Part shown: piece after piece, positions 19,405 to 29,497 of the stretch
How the letters are laid out: every line of letters begins with the position of its first letter
How positions within the stretch are numbered: the stretch's first letter is position 1
Program-made: the position numbers and the translations under genes
Notes under the pieces: model-generated
Database searches by the model: none
Told to the model about the DNA's origin: nothing
What the model saw: the letters and a program-made list of their open reading frames with translations, nothing else
DNA from: Deltaproteobacteria bacterium UBA6601
GTDB lineage: Bacteria; Myxococcota_A; UBA796; UBA9615
DNA: 64,000 nucleotides
NCBI GenBank assembly: GCA_002433485.1
Contig: DJIF01000015.1
Location: 25,232-89,231 of the forward strand
Direction of reading: 5' to 3'

Positions 19405-20570
19405 ACAGGGTGACTGGCAGCACTGCCCTCGCTGGCCTAGTCCTGGCCGGGTTCGAAGGAACGACCCCCTTCAGTGACGAACTCAATCGCCTCAACAACC
19501 TCGGGGTTGGTGGCTTCATTGTATTTGCACGCAACGTCCAAGACCCCCTGCAGGTGCACGGTCTGCTGGCTGAGCTGCACTCCATGCGAGCCACCGAAAA
19601 CCTGCTGTTCGCAGTCGATCAGGAAGGCGGACGAGTAGCGCGCTTGCGAGAACCGCTAACGGTGTGGCCGGCAATGGAAAAGCTCGGAGCCAGCGCCGAC
19701 CCGGAGCTAGCAACCTTAGTGGGCCGGGCACTTGCCAGCGAACTGGCTGCCCTTGGCTTCAACGTCAACTTCGCCCCGGTTCTGGACGTGCGCTGCACGG
19801 ACACTACGATCGCCATCGGCGACCGTGCCATTAGTGAGCAGACGGCAGTCGTCTCCAGTATCGGGACCGCCCTCATCAAGGGCATCCAGAGTGCCGGGGT
19901 CATGGCCTGCGCCAAGCACTTCCCCGGTCACGGTAAGGTCGCAGCCGATAGTCACTATGAGCTGCCGGTCTCCCCCCTCGACGAGGCAAGCTGGCGAGCT
20001 GATCACCTACCCCCCTTCAGCGCTGCGATCAACAGCGGTGTGGCGGCGGTGATGACCGCCCACGTTGTCTACCCCGGCCTGAATGGTCGCTGCGCAGCGA
20101 CCCTCTCGCCTGCCATCATGACCGATATTCTGCGCGGTGAGCTGGGCTTCCAGGGGGTGCTGTTCAGCGATGACCTGGGAATGGGCGCAATCACCGACCA
20201 AGGCGGAATCGGTGAGGCTGCGGTAGCCGCCATCCGCGCGGGGGTCGACGGACTGCTGGTCTGCCGACATCTGGACGCCGTCGAAGAGGTTGTCGAAGCG
20301 CTGCACAGAACCGCCGATGAAGACCCCAAGTTCGCCACTCGCTGTCAACAGAGCCTCGACCGCCTCGCCGCAGCCGCAGGCAAGCACCCCCCGCAGCCCC
20401 TGACTGGCGACACCCTGGATGGTCTGCTCGGCTGCGCCGAGCACCAGGCCATCAGTGCGCGTCTAGGTGCCCTTGCCCAGGGTCTAGATCCTACCCTGGG
20501 CCATGACGACCGCAGCCAAGCTGCAACGCGTCACAGCGCGGACAAGGTGCCACCGCAGGACCAGGCCTGA
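19401..20570 (+). CDS. nagZ: beta-N-acetylhexosaminidase (GH3)
   Basis: FAPVLDV..AKHFPGHG..D(S)H is the NagZ/GH3 catalytic region (KHFPGHG). No signal peptide. ATGA overlap with the preceding gene. Confidence 0.8.
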   Translation: MNRVTGSTALAGLVLAGFEGTTPFSDELNRLNNLGVGGFIVFARNVQDPLQVHGLLAELHSMRATENLLFAVDQEGGRVARLREPLTVWPAMEKLGASADPELATLVGRALASELAALGFNVNFAPVLDVRCTDTTIAIGDRAISEQTAVVSSIGTALIKGIQSAGVMACAKHFPGHGKVAADSHYELPVSPLDEASWRADHLPPFSAAINSGVAAVMTAHVVYPGLNGRCAATLSPAIMTDILRGELGFQGVLFSDDLGMGAITDQGGIGEAAVAAIRAGVDGLLVCRHLDAVEEVVEALHRTADEDPKFATRCQQSLDRLAAAAGKHPPQPLTGDTLDGLLGCAEHQAISARLGALAQGLDPTLGHDDRSQAATRHSADKVPPQDQA

Positions 20571-20576
20571 GCAACC

Positions 20577-21536
20577 GTGCAGCACTCCCAGCAGCAACTG
20601 GATGTACAGCTTGCAGCCGCAGTGAGAGCCGCACGCGAGGAAATCATGGGGAACTACAGTGTGGTGGTCGATACCACCAACTGGAGCTGGTGCAATGGAG
20701 AGTTGCAGGTCCAGGGCGGAGTCTTGTCACCGGTTCAGATGAACATCTATCAACGAGTCCTCGGCGAGCAGCTTGGCGATTTGGCAATCCCAGAGCCGGC
20801 GATTCTCTCCAGTCTGGATTCCCCCTGGCACCTCCATCAATGGCTGCAGATCCCCGCAGGCAACAGCCTCGATCTCTTCCGTCGCCCCAACACCGATCTA
20901 CAGACCCAATGGGCGGGCCCCGCCTGGGTACGGTACTTTGCGGACCACCCGAACAGCGGCAGTGTCCTTATCCAGACCCCGGACGCCAGCCTGGGCTGGA
21001 CAAGCAAAGACCAGCTGGCATGCGACGCTACCGGCCCTACAGCAGACCCCTGGGCCCACTATCTGCGGCCACTGGCCCACAGGACCAGAGCCCCCCAGGT
21101 CGAGAGCCCCTGTAACTGCCCAAGAATGCAGGCCAATGAAGTGTTGGCCTGCTATGCACGCAGCTGGCTGGGACGGAGCTATGGTTGGGGAGCCAATAGC
21201 GAACGACGCATCGACTGCAGCGGCTTCACCCAGCGCGTGATGCTGCACTGCTGCGGACTGCTGCTGCCCAAGAACAGCGCGGACCAGCAAGCTTTGGGCA
21301 AGCACCTTGGTCCTGACGAAATGCGTGCCGGCGATCTGGTCTTCGTTGTAGGGCGCAGCGAGGGTCTGCGGCACGTGGCCATGGTGGTGGAAGCACCCAA
21401 CGACCCCACCAGCCTCAACGTCGTACACGCCTCGATGTCCAAAAGTGCAGTCGTGGAGGAACGCCTCGATGTGTTCCTCGCCCGTCACGAATTCAAGGCC
21501 GCCCGTCGACTGCTTCACTGGCCGGAGGAACGGTGA
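20577..21536 (+). CDS. cytoplasmic NlpC/P60-family cysteine peptidase with N-terminal (SH3b-like) domains
   Basis: RIDCSGFTQRVM..GDLVFVVG..RHVAMVV is the Cys-His-His NlpC/P60 core at the C-terminus. No signal peptide. The start (GTG 20577 or ATG 20646) is uncertain. Confidence 0.65.
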   Translation: MQHSQQQLDVQLAAAVRAAREEIMGNYSVVVDTTNWSWCNGELQVQGGVLSPVQMNIYQRVLGEQLGDLAIPEPAILSSLDSPWHLHQWLQIPAGNSLDLFRRPNTDLQTQWAGPAWVRYFADHPNSGSVLIQTPDASLGWTSKDQLACDATGPTADPWAHYLRPLAHRTRAPQVESPCNCPRMQANEVLACYARSWLGRSYGWGANSERRIDCSGFTQRVMLHCCGLLLPKNSADQQALGKHLGPDEMRAGDLVFVVGRSEGLRHVAMVVEAPNDPTSLNVVHASMSKSAVVEERLDVFLARHEFKAARRLLHWPEER

Positions 21537-23050
21537 TGACTACACTCGCCCAGCTCAAGGGCAAGACCATTCATATAGTGGGTGCCTCAGGGATCGAAGG
21601 CACTGCATTACTGCTTTACCTGGCAGGGGAGTTGGGCATCGAGGGGATCGTTGCCCACGACTTCGCAGCCGACCAAGCGAGCTTCGCCCGCTCCTTTCAC
21701 AAGAACAATATCGCCTGGAGCGCGAGCGAGCGTGAGCGCATCCTCCCAGTGCTACGCGCCCTGCCGGTGCGCTACTGCATGGGCACCAACTATCTCCAAG
21801 GGATCGATACCGCTGAACTCATTTTTGCCTCACAGAACTGGTTCAATTATCCAGCCAACCGGCCGGCACTGGACCAGGCCATTGCGGCGGGCGCACAGCT
21901 GCTAGGAATCCTCGACCTTGGCCTGGCGCTGTTTGCGGGTCGCCGGATCACCGTCAGCGGCTCCAACGGCAAGTCGACCACTGCGTCGCTGATCGCCCAC
22001 TTGCTTGAAGCCTGCTCAGGGCCGACAGGCCAGGTGCTGCTGAGCGGCAACGAACGCACCCGGCAGGTCCCCTTGCAGGAGTTAGCTGCCTGCAGCTCCC
22101 AGGATGTGGCCATCTGGGAGGTCTCCAACCGACATCTGCGTGACCGGTCAGTGCGCGGCGACATTGCAGTGCTGACGAACATCACGCCCAACCACATCGA
22201 AGACCACGGCTCGTGGGAGGCCTACGCTGCCGCAAAGAAGCGCCTGGTCCTCGCCCCTGGTAGCGGTGGGCACGCCGTGCTCTGTGCGATCGACCCACAT
22301 AGCGTCGCCATTCAAAATGAAGTCCGCGCGAGCGGAGCCCAGCTTTGGCTGTTTGGCAAAGCTCCGCCCAGTGGCTCCTGCGATGGACACTGCTGGATCG
22401 AAGCCAACCGGTTGCGCCTCCAACTCCCTGGCGGGCTGCGTCTTGAACTCGGCGACCCATCCCTGCTGGCCCTGACCGGCGCACACAACCAGTTAAATTT
22501 ACAGGCCGCTCTCTGCGCCCTTGCAGCCAGCGCTTGGGTTGAGACCACACAACTCAATGCACAGCAGCTGGAGCCGCTGTACCGCTCAGCGCCGACCCTT
22601 GAAGGTCGCCTGGAGCTTGTGGGCGAAGCGCAAGGAGTGCGCTGGATCTACGACATTCAGGCGACCACGGCACCGGCGGCAACCGTGGGGATCAGAGCCA
22701 TGGCCCGGGAAGCTCAACGCATCGTGTTGCTGGTAGGCGGCGAAGACAAAGGAATGGACTACACATCCATGGCCGAGCAGGCACGCCGCCACTGCGCTTT
22801 GATCATCAGCCTACCGGGCAGCGGCACTGAGGCCTTCCTGAATGCCCTGGGTTCGGGCCCAGAAGTAGCCCGCTGCAAAGACCTTGAGGAAGCGCTTCCG
22901 CTGGCCCGAGACCGCAGCCAAGCCGGCGACGTGGTGCTGCTTTCACCGGGCTCCGCGTTTTTCTATCGAGCCTTCATTGACGGCGGCCCCTCCTACCGGG
23001 AGCGAGTCCGCGCCATTCTGCCAACCGATCCCCGACAGGAAACAACATGA
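21536..23050 (+). CDS. Mur-ligase family protein (MurD/Mpl-like ATP-dependent amide ligase)
   Basis: N-terminal Rossmann-like domain (HIVGASGIEG), then the P-loop ITVSGSNGKSTTASLIAHLL, then a C-terminal domain ..LLVGGEDKG.. The three-domain Mur ligase layout. Confidence 0.6.
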   Translation: MTTLAQLKGKTIHIVGASGIEGTALLLYLAGELGIEGIVAHDFAADQASFARSFHKNNIAWSASERERILPVLRALPVRYCMGTNYLQGIDTAELIFASQNWFNYPANRPALDQAIAAGAQLLGILDLGLALFAGRRITVSGSNGKSTTASLIAHLLEACSGPTGQVLLSGNERTRQVPLQELAACSSQDVAIWEVSNRHLRDRSVRGDIAVLTNITPNHIEDHGSWEAYAAAKKRLVLAPGSGGHAVLCAIDPHSVAIQNEVRASGAQLWLFGKAPPSGSCDGHCWIEANRLRLQLPGGLRLELGDPSLLALTGAHNQLNLQAALCALAASAWVETTQLNAQQLEPLYRSAPTLEGRLELVGEAQGVRWIYDIQATTAPAATVGIRAMAREAQRIVLLVGGEDKGMDYTSMAEQARRHCALIISLPGSGTEAFLNALGSGPEVARCKDLEEALPLARDRSQAGDVVLLSPGSAFFYRAFIDGGPSYRERVRAILPTDPRQETT

Positions 23051-24201
23051 GCGAGCCAGAACAGCCCCTAGCGGGGGTCCAGGCCCTGGTACTGGGCGCA
23101 GGATTCGGCACCCGGCTGCGACCCCTGACCGAGCACATCCCCAAGCCGGCAGTGCCGTTGCTCGGTCGGCCGCTGCTCGGCCATCCACTGATTCACCTCT
23201 ACGCAGCTGGCTGCATGGAGGTACATGTCAACGCCTTCCACCAGAGCGACCGACTAATGGCCGCCATGGACGCCTGGGTCCAGCGCCGGCTGCTGCGGCT
23301 AAAGCTCCACTGGTCCATTGAGACACCAAAGATCCTCGGTACTGGCGGCGCAACCCGCAAGCTTGAGTCACAGCTATGCCGCGATGAGAGGCCTTTCTTG
23401 ATGCTCAACGGCGACTCCATTCTTGGCGCCGATCTCCCCGCTCTATGGAGCGCACACCAGAGCAACCGCGCCGAGGGTGCCCTCGCAACCCTGTTATGCC
23501 TGCCACGAGCCGATGCCGAAAATTACGGCGCAGTATGGGTAGACGACTCGGGTCGGATCCTCGATCTGGCCGGAGTAGGCCGAGCCCCCGGGGTCACCGA
23601 TGATGACCTAAGAGCAGCCACTCCCTGCATCTTCTGCGGAATCCAGATCATTGAGCAGCAGGTCGTCCTGCAACTGCCGCCAAACGGTACCGAGAGCTGC
23701 ATCGTGAGGCAGGGCTATGGCCCGCTTATAGAGAAGGGCCTGACCGTGAAGGCGCATCTCGCCGACAACAACCTGCTGTTCCACGATGTCGGCACCCCAA
23801 GCCGCTACCTGGATGCCCAGAACGAGCTCATGGCCGGCCCCTCCCGACGGGTCCTCGCGACCGGTCCCAATGTGGACCCGCTAGAGGCCCTGTTTCAGGA
23901 AGCGTCCTACGCAGTGGACAGCTCAGGGAGAGAGTACGGCAACCCTGATTCAGTAATTGGGCTGAGCGGCGCTCGCATCGAGCCACCGGTTTTCTTCGGC
24001 CCACGCAACGAGCTGAGCACAGGCTGTGTCGTCGGTCCCTACGCCAGCCTCGGCGCGCTCAACAAGCTGGGCGCCAAGGCAAGGGTCCAGGATGCTGCTC
24101 TTTGGAGCCGAGTCGAGCTTGAGTCCGGCGCCTCCATGTACGGTGAGATCGCCGCCTACCTCGGCGATAAGCTGCTGCGGCTGGGCGGCCGAGAGAACTA
24201 A
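23047..24201 (+). CDS. sugar-1-phosphate nucleotidyltransferase (MurU/GlmU-N-like) with C-terminal extension
   Basis: LVLGAGFGTRLRPLTEHIPKPAVPLLGRPLL is the G-x-G-T-R-L nucleotidyltransferase signature. Stop/start overlap with the Mur ligase gene. Confidence 0.6.
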   Translation: MSEPEQPLAGVQALVLGAGFGTRLRPLTEHIPKPAVPLLGRPLLGHPLIHLYAAGCMEVHVNAFHQSDRLMAAMDAWVQRRLLRLKLHWSIETPKILGTGGATRKLESQLCRDERPFLMLNGDSILGADLPALWSAHQSNRAEGALATLLCLPRADAENYGAVWVDDSGRILDLAGVGRAPGVTDDDLRAATPCIFCGIQIIEQQVVLQLPPNGTESCIVRQGYGPLIEKGLTVKAHLADNNLLFHDVGTPSRYLDAQNELMAGPSRRVLATGPNVDPLEALFQEASYAVDSSGREYGNPDSVIGLSGARIEPPVFFGPRNELSTGCVVGPYASLGALNKLGAKARVQDAALWSRVELESGASMYGEIAAYLGDKLLRLGGREN

Positions 24202-24220
24202 GGACCAGGGCAGCCCATCA

Positions 24221-26032
24221 ATGAGCTACGCACACCAAACCATCAACGAGATCATCCTACGCCGCCTCAGCGACCCACCTGACCAGATCCAGAGCTACGC
24301 CGAGAACCCTGACGGAACGTTCCGAGCCATCACCATGGGCGAGGACCGGTCCAAGACCCTGCGCCTGGCAGCCGCTCTGATCGGCAGAGGACTGGAGAAA
24401 GGTCAGGCGGTAGCAATCCTGGCAGCTGTTCGAGCCGAGTGGGTCCAGTGGGACTTCGCCAACCTGCTGAGCCTGCTGGTAACCATCGGAATTTACCCGA
24501 GTTCGACCCCAGAACAGATTTTGTACCTGCTGCAACACAGCGAGACGCGGGTGCTGGTGCTTGAGAATCACCAGCAATTGCAGAGTGTCTCTAGCCAGCT
24601 CTCCAGCTGCGAAACCCTGCGCCTTATTGTCCTGCTCGACGAAGAACCACAGGCCGAGCACCAGCACGGCATCGAGCTGATCTCTATGGATGCCTTCCTC
24701 GAAGAAGGTGACGCGGCACTCAAGCAGCAGGGCGAGGAGTGGGTCATCGAGCGGGCCCGCTCAGCACGAGCCTCTGACACCGCCACCCTGGTCTACACCT
24801 CCGGGACGACCGGCCCACCAAAAGGAGCGGTTCTCAGCCACCGCAATCTGTTCCATGTCACCGAGACAGTCGCCAAGATCATGGACTTCAGTCCCCATGA
24901 CCGCTCTGTTGTCTACCTTCCTCTGGCCCATGTACTGCAGCGCTACTCCGTGTATCTGGGCTGCCGCATCGGCATCACCGGCTACTACACCAGCCGCATC
25001 CAGGCACTGGGTGAGGTCATCAGCGAGGTGCGGCCAACGGTCCTGGTCGGTGTGCCCAGGGTCTTCGAGAAAATTCATGCCCGCGCCATGGCGACCGCCG
25101 CAGGAATGCCCGCGCGACGCCAGCGCATCTTTGAGCGCGCCCTCGCTGTCGGCCATCAATACGCCGAACTGGCGCGGCGTGGGATTGAACCGGGACTCGG
25201 GCTGCGCTTTCGACACTGGCTGTTTGACCGCCTGGTGTTCAAGAAGATCCGCGACAAGCTCGGCGGCAGAGTGCGGATGGCGGTCTCCGGGGGCGCACCC
25301 CTGGCGCTGCAGGTTGCTCTGTGGTTCGAGGCCATCGGGATCCTCGTGGTTGAAGGCTACGGACTCACCGAGACCTCGGCGCCAGCTACAACCTCCCGAC
25401 CCGATGCCTACAAGCACGGCACTGTAGGGCAGGCCATTCCCGGCACCACCGTACGGATCGCCGCCGACGGCGAGATCGAGATCTCCGGTCCGGGAGTCTT
25501 CTCCGGTTACTACAAGGATCCCACCGCAACCGCACAAGCCTTCACCAAAGATGGCTTCTTCAAGAGTGGCGACATTGGTGAACTGGATGCAGACGGCTTC
25601 CTCAAGATTACCGACCGCAAGAAGGACATCATCATCACTGCAGGCGGCAAGAACGTGGCCCCGGCTAACATCGAGAATCTGCTCAAAGAGCATCCCCTGA
25701 TCGGCCAGGCGATGGTCTTTGGCGACCGCAAACCCTACCTCGTCTGCGCCATTGCCCTCGACCCGGAAGAGGCGCCGGCCTGGGCCAGCCAGAACGGCAT
25801 CACAGAAGTAGCGTTGACGGTTCTGAGCGAAACTCCCGAAATTCAGCAAGCGGTCAGCGAGCACCTCAAGGCCTGCAACCGACAGCTGGCCCCCTATGAA
25901 AAGCTCAAGAAATGGATCGTGGTCGGCGAGCCATTCGCCCCAGAGAACGGCTACCTCACCCCTACTCTGAAGCTGCGGCGCCGGGTCATTGTCGAGCAGT
26001 ACGGCGACCAGCTCGAAGAGCTATACAGCTGA
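24221..26032 (+). CDS. long-chain-fatty-acid--CoA ligase (AMP-dependent synthetase)
   Basis: LVYTSGTTGPPKGAVLSHRNL (AMP-binding box I), GYGLTETS, and ..GDIGELDADGFLKITDRKKDIIITAGGKNV. ATG at 24221, just after the upstream stop. The track start at 24026 was rejected. Confidence 0.8.
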   Translation: MSYAHQTINEIILRRLSDPPDQIQSYAENPDGTFRAITMGEDRSKTLRLAAALIGRGLEKGQAVAILAAVRAEWVQWDFANLLSLLVTIGIYPSSTPEQILYLLQHSETRVLVLENHQQLQSVSSQLSSCETLRLIVLLDEEPQAEHQHGIELISMDAFLEEGDAALKQQGEEWVIERARSARASDTATLVYTSGTTGPPKGAVLSHRNLFHVTETVAKIMDFSPHDRSVVYLPLAHVLQRYSVYLGCRIGITGYYTSRIQALGEVISEVRPTVLVGVPRVFEKIHARAMATAAGMPARRQRIFERALAVGHQYAELARRGIEPGLGLRFRHWLFDRLVFKKIRDKLGGRVRMAVSGGAPLALQVALWFEAIGILVVEGYGLTETSAPATTSRPDAYKHGTVGQAIPGTTVRIAADGEIEISGPGVFSGYYKDPTATAQAFTKDGFFKSGDIGELDADGFLKITDRKKDIIITAGGKNVAPANIENLLKEHPLIGQAMVFGDRKPYLVCAIALDPEEAPAWASQNGITEVALTVLSETPEIQQAVSEHLKACNRQLAPYEKLKKWIVVGEPFAPENGYLTPTLKLRRRVIVEQYGDQLEELYS

Positions 26033-26902
26033 GACTCCAGGCCGAAACGGCACACCCAGGTCCTGTTCCGCGCGCGGCGAGCTGGGCGGTGTGCCTGCTG
26101 CTGCAGCCCGAGCTGCTTCAACAGTGATAGGCGGAGCGCCCCAGATGCGCTCCAGCAGGGCCACCACCGGATAGATCATGGTTGGTGGCAAGGACACCAC
26201 AGCGCGGCTCAGCCCGTGCTCCTGCAGCACACAACGAGCCAACTGAGCAAAGCTCAGGGCCTGCGGTCCTGCCAGGGTATAGATTCCTGCTGCCTGCGAG
26301 CGCTGCGCGGCAGCAAGACAGGCAGCGGCGGCATCATCCACCGGCAGGGGGCGCAACGGAGCCCCACCAAGCACCGGAACCAGTGGCGACCGTCGCGCTA
26401 CACCAAGTACCCCAGACTCCAGTTGAGACTGCGGGCCGCTGAGCACCGGGAACCGCAGCACTGCACTGCACAGCGGACTGTCTATGACCAATCGCTCTGC
26501 CTGGCGCTTAGTGCGCGAGTAGGGACCGTGGTGGGGGCGCCCAGCGGCAACGCTACTGATCAGGACAAAGCGCTCAACACCTGCTCGACAGGCGGCCGAC
26601 AGCAGGGTCCTGGTCCCCTCCACGTTGACCGCGTGCATGCGTGCCGGACTCGCGGCCCCGAGGGCGGCAGCCAGGTGAATGACGGAATTGGAGCCCTGAC
26701 AAAGGCGATCGAGACTGGGCGGATCTGCAAGATCTCCAACCACCTCTTCATCAGGTTCAAGAGAAAGTTCACCACTGCGCCGTACGAGAGCTCGAAGGGG
26801 AAGCTGTCGAGCCCGCAACAAACGCAGAACTGCGTGACCGAGAAAGCCGGTGGCACCGGTCACAGAGATTTGCCTCGTCCGGTCCGGCTCGGTCAATTGC
26901 AA
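26021..26902 (-). CDS. NAD-dependent epimerase/dehydratase-family (SDR) protein
   Basis: ISVTGATGFLGHAVLRLL is the Rossmann GxxGxxG. Atypical-SDR length. 3' end overlaps the converging ligase gene by 12 bp. Confidence 0.65.
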   Translation of the reverse strand: MQLTEPDRTRQISVTGATGFLGHAVLRLLRARQLPLRALVRRSGELSLEPDEEVVGDLADPPSLDRLCQGSNSVIHLAAALGAASPARMHAVNVEGTRTLLSAACRAGVERFVLISSVAAGRPHHGPYSRTKRQAERLVIDSPLCSAVLRFPVLSGPQSQLESGVLGVARRSPLVPVLGGAPLRPLPVDDAAAACLAAAQRSQAAGIYTLAGPQALSFAQLARCVLQEHGLSRAVVSLPPTMIYPVVALLERIWGAPPITVEAARAAAAGTPPSSPRAEQDLGVPFRPGVSAV

Positions 26903-26975
26903 GGCGCCATCCCCTCAAGTCATCTCTTCACGGAGCCTGTCCAGCCAGCATCAGGCAGACTACACCTGCAAGTCC

Positions 26976-28394
26976 ATGCCAAAGCAAGACAACGAGCCAA
27001 CGAACGAAGACCTGGCTGGCACTGAGCCACCAGCCCCGCTGCTGAAGATCGGCGTCTCCCGAGCGGTATGGACGGTGGCCTGGCCCATGGCGCTGATTGG
27101 CCTGTGCCGCTCCTGCTACTACCTCTGCGACTCGTACTGGATCGGCAAGCTGGGGACTACCCACCTGGCAGCGCTCGGTGGCTCAGCCTTTGCCTGGTGG
27201 ATGATGTTCATCACCTGCAACATCCCTGGCTACGGTGTCAACGCACTGGTTGCTCGCCACGAAGGTGCGGCACGCCGCGACCAGATCGCGCCAGCTATCG
27301 TCCAGGGATTATGGGTAGGACTGGTGGTCTACCTGGGCCTGGTTGGCCTGGCCTACCCCCTCAGGGAGCTGTACTTCTCGCTACTGGGCTTCGCTCCAGG
27401 CAGCGAGGAACGGCTGCTAGGCAGCGAATACATCGGCATCGGCCTGATCGGCTCGCTCGCACTGGCCGCTCACGCTGTCACCCTGGCAGCATTTCGTGGC
27501 ATTGGCGATACCCGAACGGCACTCTGGATCACCGCCATCTCGCTGCTGCTCAATGCGGGGCTCGATCCGGTGATGATCTGGGGCTGGTTTGGCTGCCCCG
27601 CCATGGGCATCGCCGGAGCCGCCTGGGCCACCACAGCAGCAAACGCCACAGCAGCCTTGCTCGGCACCTTAATCCTGGCAAGAAAAGGCTACATCCTGAT
27701 CCCCCGTTGGCCGGTGTTCAAGAGCTTTCGACTGATCGGACGCATTGGTCTGCCCATCGCCGCTGAAGGCGTTGGCTTCTCGCTGGTCTACGTATTGCTG
27801 GGCCAGTTCATTACTGACTTCGGTAGCGAGCAGATGGCAGCTCTGGGCGTTGGTCATCGCCTAGAGAGCCTTGCTTACATGGTCTGCGTTGGCTTCCAGG
27901 TAGGCGCCTCAACAATGGTCGGCCAGTACCTGGGCGCCGGCGACCCGAAGGGGGCGGCTCGCGCTGCCAATCAGGCGGTCCTGCTATGTGCGGGCATCGT
28001 ATTGCCAACGAGCATTGCCCTGTATCTGTTTGCGCCGCAGCTGTTCGCGCTGTTTACCGACGATCCGGTCACCGCTGCTGCAGGGGTTCACTACCTGCGG
28101 ATTCAAGCACTGGTCGCTGTATTTATGGGAATTGAGGTGGTCTTCCAGGGTGGCTTCACCGGCAGCGGGGACACGATGCCCCCGCTGCTGATTGGGGTCA
28201 GCCTCACCGCAGCGCGGATCCCACTGGCGTGGTTATTGGCCTGGCCACTTGGGATGGGCATCAGCGGAGTGTGGTGGGCCATTGCTCTGAGCACACTGCT
28301 CAAAGGCCTGGTGTTCTGGCTGTGGTTCCGCCGCGGACGCTGGGTTAACGCTCTCAGCGCAGCCGACCTACAGATCGACGCAGAGCGCTCCTGA
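26976..28394 (+). CDS. MATE-family efflux transporter
   Basis: 12 predicted TM helices in a duplicated 6+6 arrangement. Conserved MATE N-terminal region (..WPMALIGLCRSCYYLCDSYWIGKLGT..). ATG at 26976 chosen over the track start at 26850. Confidence 0.7.
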   Translation: MPKQDNEPTNEDLAGTEPPAPLLKIGVSRAVWTVAWPMALIGLCRSCYYLCDSYWIGKLGTTHLAALGGSAFAWWMMFITCNIPGYGVNALVARHEGAARRDQIAPAIVQGLWVGLVVYLGLVGLAYPLRELYFSLLGFAPGSEERLLGSEYIGIGLIGSLALAAHAVTLAAFRGIGDTRTALWITAISLLLNAGLDPVMIWGWFGCPAMGIAGAAWATTAANATAALLGTLILARKGYILIPRWPVFKSFRLIGRIGLPIAAEGVGFSLVYVLLGQFITDFGSEQMAALGVGHRLESLAYMVCVGFQVGASTMVGQYLGAGDPKGAARAANQAVLLCAGIVLPTSIALYLFAPQLFALFTDDPVTAAAGVHYLRIQALVAVFMGIEVVFQGGFTGSGDTMPPLLIGVSLTAARIPLAWLLAWPLGMGISGVWWAIALSTLLKGLVFWLWFRRGRWVNALSAADLQIDAERS

Positions 28395-28432
28395 TACCGA
28401 CCGAAACTTGATTGCTGAGCAGCCCCCACAGC

Positions 28433-29497
28433 TCAACCCAGCTCGACGGCAAAACTCTCAGGCCCCCAAGCTGACCGAACCGAAGAGCTTGATTCGGGCG
28501 TAACCAAAGCCAACAGAGTGCCCCCCCAACCAGCACCGGTAATCTTCGCTGCCAGGGCCCCAGCTGCAAGAGCGCTGGAAATCCCCTCGCGGTCCCAGCC
28601 ATGAACGACTCCCAGACAATCGAGGCACTCCTGCTGCTCGCTCATCGCCTGCGCTAAGCCGCCAAGATCACCGGCCGCCCAGGCACTCTGACCCAGGCGA
28701 CTCCACCTACCCATCTCAGCTAGAGTCCGAACCAGGCTGGGGTCCGAGCCCACACGCTGCCGAACTCCATCAACAATATCCACAGTTCGCTCGCTGCTGC
28801 TGCCGGGACGCACCACCAGTGACAGCGGCGGCATAGACTCCAACAAAACCGGCTTGCTCCCCTTCTCGAACCAGATCGGTCGCTCGTAGGTCGCGACTGT
28901 ATGATCGATTCCCGAAGGCGTGCCGTGAAAGAGGCGCTCCACAGCCTCTGCTGCTCCAAACACCTGTGCATCCACCGGCTGCTGGCCATACCAGGCCAGT
29001 AAGGCCCGGCCCAGAGCCACACCCAGCGCTGCCGAGGTGCCCATTCCAGAACGCAGCCCACCACCGCGAACTGCGACCCTCAGGGGCAGAGGCAGCTGTA
29101 ATCCGAGGGCCTGAGCCGCTGCGCCCAGGGCTCTGTAAATCTCCGGGCTACTTCCTGGCGGGGCAGCTTCATCCAAGGTGATCTCAATGGGCCGCACCTG
29201 CTGCCCACGAACCGCTGGCATGCTGCGCGTGGCGCCCCCCGGCGCCGGAGCAGCCCCACCATCGAGCGGTTGACCCAGCTGACTGCTGATCTGAGCAGCG
29301 GCCAGGTCCATTGGCCCCCAGCCCGCGCCCTGTTCTGCAAGGACCACAGAGAGTCGCCGATCGAGTAAAGGCAGAGCCAGGGCCGGCTCGCCATACACCA
29401 CCGCGTGCTCCCCCAACAGAATGAGCTTGCCGCATGCGGTGGCCACCACCGGACGATGCCCGGGCGCGGTGTCGGGGCGGTCAGAAGAGGTGGTCAT
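28433..29497 (-). CDS. mvk: mevalonate kinase (GHMP kinase)
   Basis: ACGKLILLGEHAVVYG is the MVK N-terminal signature. The GHMP ATP motif region is ..GLRSGMGTSAA... Start at ATG 29497 (overlaps the mvaD stop by 17 nt) or a downstream GTG. Track start 29680 rejected. Confidence 0.7.
   Translation of the reverse strand: MTTSSDRPDTAPGHRPVVATACGKLILLGEHAVVYGEPALALPLLDRRLSVVLAEQGAGWGPMDLAAAQISSQLGQPLDGGAAPAPGGATRSMPAVRGQQVRPIEITLDEAAPPGSSPEIYRALGAAAQALGLQLPLPLRVAVRGGGLRSGMGTSAALGVALGRALLAWYGQQPVDAQVFGAAEAVERLFHGTPSGIDHTVATYERPIWFEKGSKPVLLESMPPLSLVVRPGSSSERTVDIVDGVRQRVGSDPSLVRTLAEMGRWSRLGQSAWAAGDLGGLAQAMSEQQECLDCLGVVHGWDREGISSALAAGALAAKITGAGWGGTLLALVTPESSSSVRSAWGPESFAVELG

Noticed and set aside
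24761-25864. 367-aa ORF antisense to the fatty-acid--CoA ligase gene
   Set aside because: It lies entirely inside a gene with strong AMP-binding motifs on the other strand, its composition is R/A/G/P-biased, and it has no recognisable domain. This is a typical high-GC antisense artefact.
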